A DNA stretch of 63,384 nucleotides, the filler included, from Choristocarpus tenellus KU-1152 (lineage: Eukaryota; Protista; Phaeophyceae), in NCBI GenBank assembly GCA_964200185.2. It is 10 parts of 10 records of this genome, joined end to end, with 100 filler letters (N's around TTAATTAATTAA, not from the genome) between each part and the next. Parts side by side here need not be neighbours in the genome. Positions count along the whole stretch, not along the records: positions 13,464 to 20,579 come from CAXNAD020006666.1; positions 20,680 to 28,495 come from CAXNAD020005545.1; 8 more parts are not named here. One strand, 5' to 3'. The position numbers were made by a program, and so were the translations under genes. A model generated the notes under the pieces. It saw only the letters and a list, made by a program, of their open reading frames with translations, was not told the DNA's origin and did no database searches. Positions 13,364 through 23,448 of the stretch are shown here, piece after piece. Each line of letters begins with the position of its first letter. The first letter of the stretch is position 1.

Positions 13364-13463
13364 NNNNNNNNNNNNNNNNNNNNNNNNNNNNNNNNNNNNN
13401 NNNNNNNTTAATTAATTAANNNNNNNNNNNNNNNNNNNNNNNNNNNNNNNNNNNNNNNNNNNN

Positions 13464-13508
13464 CCGCGCCGTGGGAAGTTATCTAAACCTCAACATTTAG
13501 AGGAAGGT

Positions 13509-13540
<32 letters not shown>
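13464..13540 (+). rRNA. 18S rRNA 3'-terminal fragment (truncated)
   Basis: CATTTAGAGGAAGGTGAAGTCGTAACAAGGTTTCCGTAGGTGAACCT is the conserved SSU 3' end; the expected continuation GCGGAAGGATCATTA is absent. Confidence 0.92.
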
Positions 13541-13542
<2 letters not shown>

Positions 13543-14098
13543 ATCTGTGGGGAGAGGTGCTTCGCCATCCCATACAAAGCCTGTGGGTGACCGTTGGGTC
13601 CACCACCATGAACTTGCAAAAAAGGAACTGGAGGAGTACCTTGGCATGCAGGAGGATTTGGACCTTGACAGCTTCAACCTCCTTTCGTACTGGAAGAAGG
13701 TGACACTCCCGCTGCTCGACCCCGAGTCAGGAGAGGAAGCCGTAGCCCCTAAGATGCCGCACGTTGCGCTGCTTGCCCGTCTCTTCCATGGGATAGATGC
13801 TACAAGCTGCCAGTCGGAGCGCAACTTCTACGCTCTTGGGGGTCTACTTGATCAACTCAGGTGCTCGATGGGGGACACCAAGGTTGAGATGGTGATGATG
13901 CTAAGGCTCAACCAAACGCACATCAAGGAAGTTGCTGAGTTGCAGAATGGTCTCAAGCGGTGGTCGCAGGTGGCCAACGCCGCAGGGCTGGCCGATGTTG
14001 CGATGCGGGATGCAACGCCTCACGAGCTGGCGGTAGAGATAGACGTGAAGGGTGGATGTCCGGGGGGTGCGCAGGGGAATGATGCGAACAAAAAATGA
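13541..14098 (+). mobile_element. hAT transposase C-terminal (dimerisation domain) fragment
   Basis: ELEEYL..LLSYWK..MPHVALLARLFHGIDATSCQSERNFYALG.L...RCSM...VEMVMMLRLN matches the hAT dimerisation consensus (PLxWW..P.L..LA..L.IPATS..SER.FS). Confidence 0.88.
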
Positions 14099-14881
14099 GT
14101 TCATTTTTTTTTTTTTTATGTATAACAGCACTTGTTATTGGTCCTCCTGGCTGTGTCGGTATAGTTTCTTGTGCTGTGGTGTTAACTGTGAGTATTGCGC
14201 CCCTTAGTACTCTACATATATTGTTGTTGTCGGCGCCTATTATTTGACAGCTGTTGAGGTACACGATGTCATACCATTTTACCTGTATTGTTAATAGAGG
14301 TGTTGTGCTATGCACTATATATATAGAGAGAGAGATAGGTAGATAGATAGATGTGTATAGTTTTGTATCAGTGCTGACATTGTAGTTCTTTCCAAAGTAT
14401 TATTATTTTACTCCTTAGCATTGAAAGAAGGATTATATCCCGCGATAGGAAGACTCTGGAGTAAATACTGTACCCCGAGTAACTTGGTAGTATTGAACGT
14501 AAGAATGATGTAAAATGATGTAAAATGACACGCATACTTGATGCGTGCTCACAACGAAACGAACGCCATGCTTCTCACCTCCCATGCCACCACAGTTCAA
14601 AAACACCCGCTTCGCTTTGTCACTACACTACAGCTGATTTATAATTTCGGCATTGTCATTACCGCAAAAGTCCGTGAGACTTCAAGACTTTTTTTTTCCG
14701 ATGTGTTTGACATCAGTTGGGGACAGACAGTGTGCCAGCGGCGTGTGATGAGAGGGTGCTTGCTCCCGAATTGTCTAGTATGGTGATTAGTGGGGAAAAA
14801 AAAAAAATCAACAACCATGGAATTGTGAGGAACCACTGGACCATCCAAACCTCAAAATTCTGTGGGAAACTGTGGAATTTT

Positions 14882-15144
14882 GAGTCAAAGTATCTTTTAG
14901 AGGGTAGGGCCGCGTCCATTTGGGGGTCAAAATCCAATGTTGCGATGTTGATGTAATTTTGGCTGTTGTGTTTGTTAGGAAGTATCAATATCCTTGTTTC
15001 AGACACACCTTTTCATAACGTGTACATTTTACATACGCCAAAACGTTTTGGAGTAGGAAAATGTCATGAAAAAAAACCCATGGGAAGCCAAGCCCCAGAT
15101 GGACAAACAGGGCAAAATTCGTACCCTCTAAGATACTTTCACTC
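14882..15144 (+). mobile_element. MITE family B, complete
   Basis: GAGTCAAAGTATCTTTTAGAGGGTA ... TACCCTCTAAGATACTTTCACTC; flanks TTT/ATT (imperfect TSD). Confidence 0.9.
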
Positions 15145-15809
15145 ATTACCATACACCGATCCATGGCTTATTCAATAGTTGCCGTTATCATACCATGCTT
15201 TTTTGTCAAACGGTGAACACCACCATACTTTCACTGTAGACGCACAAGACATTTCACAGTAGAGCCTGTTTTATCATTGTGCCCTCTGACATTTTGGAGG
15301 CGTGTTGGGGGAAAAACCGATGACAAACCGATTAGATATCGTAAGAACTCCTGTAAAAGTAACAGTTTTCGTTGATGTGAAAGATATTTTTCTATAATTT
15401 ACTGTTTTACTACCAGGTGTGCTACACCACTCCCCTCCTATGCCTCCAGCTTAGCTTAGCCCTACACCCCAGGGTGAGGGAGCTAGGGAAGCAGCCCAAG
15501 AATCTGAGAGGCCCCTCCTTGCCCATCTCTTTGATGTCTCCACCTTAAAACACATGACTCTATCGTACCATACCGAGTTTTTTCGAAAATTCTGTTTACT
15601 ACTTCACTGTACAAAAAAAAAAGGTTACAGTAGACCCTACCCTACCATATCGTGGTTTTTCAAGAAACTATGTTGCTGTGCCGAGGTGTGAAATCGCTAC
15701 GGTGACAAGCCTAGGAAATCTGAGTCTGCACAAATCAAGCTATTCTAAGGTCGACCTCGCAGTGTGTACCTTCTCCTTCTCAGAGTCGTCAATTTCCAGT
15801 GATCTGATC

Positions 15810-16220
15810 AGGTGGAGAGGAGGCACATCCTGCACTTACCACCTTTGAGCAAGTACTTTAGTGAAGAGGAGTGCCAAGACTTATTCAGGTTTCAGATCGG
15901 AGATTTTCCAACGATTTTGCAGGTACTAGGCCTTGGGGATTGTGTCCACAATGAGGACTGCAGCACGTACACCTCAGAAGACGTGCAGTGTGAACCTGTT
16001 GAATGAGGATGGTGTCATGGTTGTCCCTGGTGTCGAATGAGCATATCTCCACTTGGTATAGGCTCATTCATCCTAGCAGAAGAAGGCGGGGATGGTGATG
16101 AAGGACTGAGATCACTCACCACCATGACAATACCATTGCAGTGCAGAGAGTCATCTACATCTGCTTTGTGGATGGACGCCAGATCATCTGCAACCACCAC
16201 CTCTCCACCAGAGGTATTGG
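15810..16220 (+). pseudogene. PIF/Harbinger-type transposase relic (N-terminal HTH region + first catalytic Asp motif)
   Basis: EEECQDLFRFQIGDFPTILQVLGL...TYTSED..LL.RM followed by YICFVDGRQII, resembling EC...FRF...I..L...L...EEAL..LL.RL and GFIDGT of Harbinger DDE_Tnp_4 transposases; frameshifted. Confidence 0.6.
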
Positions 16221-18096
16221 AATTCATCAGGGGACCCAAGGACATGGAGGAGAGTCTGCAATGAAGAATAGAACCATCTATACTCCTGCGATCATGCCCA
16301 GCACCCCTTGGACAGACACTCTACTGTACTACTGCGTAGAAAAGTAATTTATAGCCAACAAACCAGAAGTCCTTGTACTTATTACATGAATGAGCATATA
16401 TAGGCATGCTAGTTTGCAAGTATATATTTGAACTTAATCTATTATTGTTAGAAGCCTGTCAGAGAATTGAATGCTTCTTTGTGATGACAGTGGACTCCGC
16501 GTCAATGCTGTTTACTCTATCTTCAATCGTTCGAACATGTTTATTTTTCCTTTACGAGTAGTTAACTGAATGCGAAAAATGCGAAATGAAACGCATGGGT
16601 TTCTACACCCTTGTTGTTGTTATGGTGTTTGCAGAAAGTTCAACTTCATTATTATACCCATTAAAATCCCCAGTTACACAGGTGTCTAGGGATAAATTGG
16701 AACAAGTATTAAATAAACTCTAAAATTAGTTGTGATTGTGTTGTATTGTTGTAAGATTTTTGTTGTGATACATGATAGGTGGTGTTTGAATGGATGGATA
16801 CTCCTCTGGGCTTGGACTCTCGATAGTTCTGGTGGTGTTGTTGTGTGTTCTTCTCTGCTGATTACTTGTGTCTGGATCTATTATCTCTCTTGATTCCCTC
16901 TTCTTGCTTGGAGTTACAGTTACTTCACTTCTTCTGTTTACCTCTTCGCTGTTTTATCATGTTTTTTGTCCTTCGCCTCTCTTACTACCTTTTGACCATG
17001 GGTCTGAGATTCCTCAAAGTGTGAAGTAACTGATAGAAAAACTGGGGAATGTTTGAAACATGTGTTACTGCTCCTGAGTAGATGGATTAGTGGACTGCAG
17101 CTGTATAGGGGATGGGGTAAGGCGAAGAAGGGAACAAGGTACTGGGAGTGATTACAAAAATTGAAAAATACCATACTGCATGGTGCATTTGGAAAAAAAA
17201 TAAACCACTGGTGAGGGCGTAATCCTAGCTTTTTCATTTGTATGTTGTACACAGGATTTTTTATCGTTGAGATTTTTTAAAATAAGTCAATATCTTAATT
17301 AGACGATTCTGCAACTAATGGACGAAAAACAAACAAACAGGTTGTTCACCTCTTACTGAGGAATATTAGGATCTCCAAGGCCATTTCTAAAATTTGAAAC
17401 AAGGACAGGGCAGGGGTACAGCACATGGTCACAACTACTGCAATGCTACTTCTTACTGTACATTTCGCACGTGTGCTTCCACCATCTACAGAAAAACAGG
17501 GGGAAATTATATCTTCCAGCAGGATGTATTATCGCACTGTTGCGCTACACACACTATTGTATGTAAATAACGACCAGAGGAAGAATATTAAGTCAACTAA
17601 AACGTATTTTCAAATAACGGTCCATTGAGGAAGGCTTTCATTTCAATTAGGGGGAATATATCGTAGTAGATGAAGTCATGACCAAGTCATACCTATGGGG
17701 GTAACTCAGAGTGTAGTGGCATGTCGGAATTGAATATCCATCATCCAGTCCTTGATGACCAAAAACTAGATCAACCTTTGAACTCTGCTTGCTCCTGAGT
17801 TGATGTTTTGCTCAACTCCAAGTACGCCATAGCAGTACTACTATCAGTCATATATATGCACGTACTCATCCTGTTCCACACAATCGCAACAAGAGTGTGC
17901 AGAAACACATTATCCTTAAATGAGGGATAATGTTTGCAGAAGTTGTCAACACCACTTCAAAGGGACAGGCTGCATATAAATTGATCATTTATCGTGTCTA
18001 AAAGGGTTGTACTTGGTAGTAACTCCAACAAGTATCCAGGTAATGAGTGCATTACCTGAGTCTCTACATGGAATTACACTTCTTGTAAACTTGATT

Positions 18097-19855
18097 CTAC
18101 AAATTGGATATGTGTTGGTGCACTGGTTGAACAGCAGGTGGAAACACCCAGCTCAAGCTACGGAGAAACTCCTGCTCTGTGAAGATATCATTCTTGTGCA
18201 CTTCTTGGACACTCTTTTCGACTTCTGGAAAGACTAGCTTCACGGGGTCTTGATTCGAGTTTTCACTGTCACAGAGGAAGTCAAATACTTCGTCAAAGGT
18301 GTTGGTATTCAGGTTCAGAAAATCGTCATCACCGTCAAGGTGTTTCGATACAGGAGTGCAAGACCTCGGGAGATTTGCAGAGGCGGTGTTGTGTAAGGGT
18401 TTGTTGTCATCAAGGCGGTCAAATGGTCCTGTGATTCCTGAAGGTGAAACAGAAGGGCAATTTGGCACTGGTGCCTGGCGGTCAAATGGTCCTGTGATTC
18501 CTGAAGGTGAAACAGAAGGGTATTTTGGCCCTGGTGCCCGGCGATCAAATGGTCCTGTAATTCCTGAAGGTGAAACAGAAGGGTATTTTGGCACTGGTGC
18601 CCGGCGATCAAATGGTCCTGTAATTCCTGAAGGTGAAACAGAAGGGTATTTTGGCACTGGTGCCCGACGATCAAATGGTCCTGTAATTCCTGAAGGTGAA
18701 ACAGAAGGGTATTTTGGCACTGGTGCCACATGGACCCCAGCGCAGCAGCTACCCACTGATGGCCTTGCCATCGATGTAGGAAGATTAACGAAATCTTGCG
18801 AGTGCAGTTGGCGACTGCTGCTGTCAAAGGACCCATATGATGTGAAGCCCTGGGCCGCTGAGATAGATGTTTGGTGGTTTGTTAACGATGCTCCTTGGAA
18901 AACAGGTCTTCCTGGTGGTGGAGAAGGTGGCGTAGTAAAAAGGGGTAGATCGCCCATTGGAGCATATGGCTTGTCGAAGGAAGAGTTGCAGTGAAGAGGC
19001 AAGTTAGAACCTGGCAAACTGGTGATAGATCTCTTTCTGTGGTCCACCTGTCTAGGGTTTTGGGTCTTAGCTGTGGGGATCAAAATAGTGTTTATTGTAC
19101 GACCCAGATTGTCGTGTTTCGTCTTAGACGACATTCTGGGCAGTAGGAAACAATCCTCGGGCGCATCCCCATCATCGAGAAGAAGAAAATGGCTTTCACT
19201 CTCTTTAATGGTGCATCTTTTCCGCTTGCTTACGGACGTGGACGCTGATGGCGCCACTCTTTTATTCCTGATGATCTCCATTTCATTTCCTGAAGAAAGA
19301 CAAGAGGCCTTGCCACGGGAGGAGGTGCCGTCCACCGGTATGGAAGAGACCATTTTGGCTGAAGGTACCTTAGGAGTCGGGCGCTTACGTTCCACCGTCA
19401 AGATGGCTTCCGCAGCGAGTCCTCTAAGGTTCTGGTTTACATAGACTGACGAAGCGAATCGTCCCTTTCCAGCAACCTTATTAAAGCTAAAATTATGCAA
19501 TTGTCTTTGGAAAGAGGCGTAGTGTGAATGGCGAAAGTAGCGAGCGAGTACTTCGTTGGCTAGCCGTTTAGGATCACCAATCACAAGATAACCTGGTGTG
19601 GGACAAAGACCGGTGACAAGGCGACTTTCTCAGGTTGCAATTGAAGGATGTAGGTATTCTTTTTTGTATCCTCGAACAAGGAATTGCTTAGGAAAGAAAC
19701 ATAGCTTATTATTGATAAAAAGAAGTTGCACCTTCTGCTTCCCAGCGAATTATGGCTTCGTCTTCGAATTTGATCATGCGAAGTAGGGTTGACGGGAACG
19801 TTTGTTGTACATTGCCAGCTTTCTTAACGTTGCGTGATGCACCGTTCTCGTCCAT
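18097..19855 (-). CDS. Heat-shock-factor (HSF) DNA-binding-domain protein (exons 19855-19732, 19592-18097)
   Basis: Spliced: MDENG..TFPSTLLRMIKFEDEAIIRWEAE-G-YLVIGDPKRLANEVLARYFRHSHYASFQRQLHNFSFNK is an HSF DBD; GT-AG intron in phase. Confidence 0.9.
18413..18727. repeat. Coding minisatellite, 63 bp x5 (APVPKYPSVSPSGITGPFDRR)
   Basis: AAATGGTCCTGT recurs at 18421, 18484, 18547, 18610, 18673. Confidence 0.95.
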
Positions 19856-20398
19856 GGTCGTGTCCTTGTTACATGCCCCTCCTTGCACTGGATGTTGGCT
19901 TAGTAGGTACGCACAAACTGATGTGTGTTGTGCAAGTTATGATTGCGATTATGCGCGTGATTGAACGACTTAATGAGGCTGTGGGTAGCTCGAATGTGCA
20001 TCATGTGCCTCTTCGGGAGTAGGTAAGGAGGGGGAACAATATTTTTCTTTGGTAGTGAACCATAAACGCGGTTTCAAGAAACGATAACGAAACGTATAGG
20101 AAGCAGTTTGAGGACTTGGTGATGATGGCGATTAGAAGGGCAACGTGAGACTTTCGATAAACAGTAAAGTCTTCTCTAGCTCAACTGAGAGGGGATTCTT
20201 AAGGAGGAGAAGGAAACGAATCACTGAGGAAGGAGAATATGTTGTGAGCAATTTCTCCAGGACCAGCATTTAAAAAATGTTGCGTCTGATACCAAACTTC
20301 CCATTTCTGAAATTCAGCTACCCCCTTTAAGGAGGTTGTGGCCGTTATGATGATAGAAGACGAAAGTTCGACCACAAAATAAGCTTGAAATCGCTATC

Positions 20399-20550
20399 GA
20401 CCCAAAGCATTTAAGAGGGTGGGAGTTTTGCCCTGTTTTTCCGTTCGGGGCTTGGCTTCCCACGGTTTTTTTATGTCCTTTTCGGTTTCTGTGTGAACAC
20501 AGTTACCTAGCTTGTATACGAATATGAAAGGTGTCTCCGGAGCAAGGATA
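20399..20550 (-). mobile_element. Diverged MITE family B half, interrupted by MITE A
   Basis: GACCCAAAGCATTTAAGAGGGT..TTTTGCCCTGTTT..GGGGCTTGGCTTC..AAAGGTGT..CAAGGATA aligns with the copy at 4957. Confidence 0.75.
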
Positions 20551-20705
20551 GACCCAAAGTATCTGGTTGGGGGGGGGGGNNNNNNNNNNNNNNNNNNNNN
20601 NNNNNNNNNNNNNNNNNNNNNNNTTAATTAATTAANNNNNNNNNNNNNNNNNNNNNNNNNNNNNNNNNNNNNNNNNNNNCACCCCCTCCCAGATACTTTG
20701 AGCCA
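20551..20705 (+). mobile_element. MITE family A termini on both sides of a spacer (20551-20579, 20680-20705)
   Basis: GACCCAAAGTATCTGG.. and ..CCCAGATACTTTGAGCC; not necessarily the same copy. Confidence 0.8.
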
Positions 20706-20816
20706 ATATTTCCACAGCATTTCCAAAATGTCAGGCCGTACCCTCCACAACGCCAGACTCATCAGATACATCTCGTGGAAGGAGGGTAGACGTCAAAACA
20801 CTAAGTTCCATGGTCC

Positions 20817-21000
20817 ATGGAAACCTCCAAAAAAGCGAGACATCCAAGGTACAAAGGACGAGCAATCCACATGATGTACAAGCAGCCAAGACCTATGTTC
20901 AAACCAACGCGAAAACAAACACACAGAGACGACTTGTGTGTCTGTATAATGTGCAACCACGCTGAGACCCATATGCACTTCTCCATGTCGGCCGTTTCGT
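20817..21000 (+). pseudogene. Possible LINE 3' zinc-knuckle remnant
   Basis: CIMCNHAETHMHF resembles CxxCxxxETxxH of LINE ORF2 C-termini; short, weak evidence. Confidence 0.3.
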
Positions 21001-21101
21001 TGTGTGAGGGGGGACGTAAAAGGCTTTGCGTCGTGGGTGACCCGCCCGAGCTCCTTGCGCGAGCCTTACCCTTGCCCTTGCCCCTGCCCTGACCTGCCGC
21101 T

Positions 21102-21281
21102 GACCCAAAGTATCTGGGGGAGGGGGGGGGTCTACGCGAGGGTGTCCATTTGGGGCATAACCAGGAAAAGTACGCTTTCATTATCCATCCGACGTATGGA
21201 ATCAAATCACCCAAAAATCGCGACATGAAAAAATTGATGCCAAGTGGACAGCCGTCACCCCCCCCCCAGATACTTTGAGCC
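21102..21281 (+). mobile_element. MITE family A (180 bp), complete, TSD GCT
   Basis: TIRs GACCCAAAGTATCTGGGGG / CCCCCAGATACTTTGAGCC; GCT at 21099-21101 and 21282-21284. Confidence 0.93.
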
Positions 21282-22463
21282 GCTTCGTTCCCCACCGATC
21301 CAGACACTTCACTGCCCTCCTGTGCCATGGGGCAATTGATACATAATCGATCCTTGTGCCTCTTGTCGTCTCTAATCTCCGCTTAGGCACACTTGCCCAT
21401 ATGCGTGATGGAGCACTTTGGGCATGAATACCTGTCGTGCATGTCATCAAATCAGAGCGTTAAACAGACAGTATAGTATTTTTCCAGATCATTAATTGGG
21501 CGCAACAACGCAACGCGGGGATCCACGGTTACGAAGGACCACGAAAATTGGTCGCACAAAACAGCACGAAGTAGTACAGGTGAGATACAACAGTCGGTGA
21601 TGTACATGCATTAACACACAATCGGACAGTGGCAAATAAAGAGATGTGGGGGTAGCGACCACAGCGCCGCACATAGAGGGACCCCGCAACATACCATGGA
21701 TTCAATGGCGTGCGCAGCTGAAAAGATACAACGTATCTATCCGTTGGGGGGATTGGATGGAAACCAATCTTACGCTATTAATTACACTCCGCCCTACACG
21801 TGCACTGTTATAACTACATTACTCACCGAGACGTACGTGGAGGATTGCGTTCAGTACAGCAAACGCCCGCGTTCCACCCTCCATGGCCGTTTTGTTCTTC
21901 TTCCGCACCAGGAACACTGCCAACAGAACCCCCTTCGCCCGTATCCTCCCTGTCTGGCAGTCCGTTCCCTCCCTCGTCTTCGTCCCCTCCTTTGTGTTCA
22001 TCCCCTCCCTCGTCTCCATCCCCTCCTTGGTGTTCGCGCCCTCCCTTGTCTTCTTTCTCACGGTCATCTGATGCCAATCCGTTCTTGCTCTCAACTTCTG
22101 CACCGCCGCCATCACAGCCCCGCTTGCTGTGAACCTGGTGGAGGTTGGCCTGGTTGAGTACATCCTGGTAATTACCATCCCAGGTGGTGAGGTAAGCGCG
22201 TAGAGCGAGTCCTTCTCGATAATCTAGTAGTGGAGGCGGTGGAGGACGTCGTTGAGGAGAGGAGGGGACAATGGTGACGTCAAAAATGGGAGAGTGTAAT
22301 GGAAGTACAATAGCATGTCAATCGAGCAGAGCAAACGATACGGTTGACGTGGTGAACGTGTTTAATGGAGGCGGCTTTCGGGGCGAAATAGTTTGAAATA
22401 AGTCAATGTCGAGGGCGCCAACCAGTATGTAGGTTTTTTCAGTGACGGGTATTGGAGGCAGAA

Positions 22464-22513
22464 GAGCCAAAGTATCTTAGAGGGTAGAGCCTCGTCCAAT
22501 TGGGGGTCAAAGA
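22464..22513 (+). mobile_element. MITE family B, left terminus only
   Basis: GAGCCAAAGTATCTTAGAGGGTAGAGCCTCGTCCAATTGGGGGTCAAA. Confidence 0.8.
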
Positions 22514-23448
22514 CCTTTTCATGAATCTGATACTCACATGATTTGTTTTACATGTTGAAGGTAACATCTGCTTGAAGTAAATAGTGGATGGTTTGAGGGG
22601 ACCTTAAAATACCCCCTCATTCACTTCCCACTTGTTCATTCCTTTCCTGGGTGATCTTCTGAGGGATTGCTCCCTCTCCTGACTTGTCTCTCTCCTTTTC
22701 CTTGCCTCCTGTGGGTCTTCCCGCTCCCCTTCATTACGAAGAACCTGTCGGCTTGTTTCCATCCGTTTCAATTTTGGAGAGATAGATTTCAGTGTCTTCC
22801 CGTAAAATCTCTTCATGATTACGTTTCTCCGAAGGTGGATCTCCCATCTCTGAAGGGTTCTTTCCTGAAACTCATCCTAATCGTGATCCTCCCCACTTCC
22901 TCAGTTCTCCACTTTTTCCTGCAAGTCCTTTCAGTCTTGCACTTGTCCAACCATAACCTCGTCCTCTCGGTTATGGTTCGTCTTCATCCGTCTGGTCCGT
23001 CTTGCCTGGAGATTCCCTTCATTATCCTTGTCTGAATGAACCACCGTTCCACAGAATGATTGGATTGATGCATTGGGATAAAAAAAATCAGGAACAAAAT
23101 TTTCGGAGGCGTTACTCCTAACAATATTGTATATTTCACCAATTATTTAACAATGAAGGACTTGTTACAACATTTCAAACTCCCTTAAATATGCTTAAAT
23201 ATGGTGCATCTCATACGTCTGACCACATATGATAATCGTGGATGATGAGTCTGTCTTTACTAGTAAACTGGTAGAGAGGAATTTCTTTTTCGATAGGCCA
23301 TCGTTTGTTTGGGGTGGCATGTTAGTGGGTGCAGGACAAGATTCTGCCTTTTCTTGTGAAGGTAGCTTCAGATGATATTTGATTACTTTATTCTTGGAAA
23401 AGTAGTAAGCCTTCCAGGTCGAAGAGGGTTGGCGTTCAACCTGCAGCG

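Noticed and set aside
13541-14098. Group I intron or homing endonuclease at the SSU 3' site
   Set aside because: The downstream sequence encodes a hAT domain, no group I core was recognised, and 18S/ITS1 does not resume.
18413-18727. CRISPR-like array (also 45062-45213, 48222-48445)
   Set aside because: Tandem repeats without unique spacers; eukaryotic context, no cas genes.
18299-18994. 231-aa antisense ORF overlapping the HSF gene
   Set aside because: Open frame explained by the stop-free 63-bp repeat; no independent evidence.
21696-22178. Overlapping GC-rich ORFs on both strands
   Set aside because: Low-complexity short repeats; no domain or splice support recognised.
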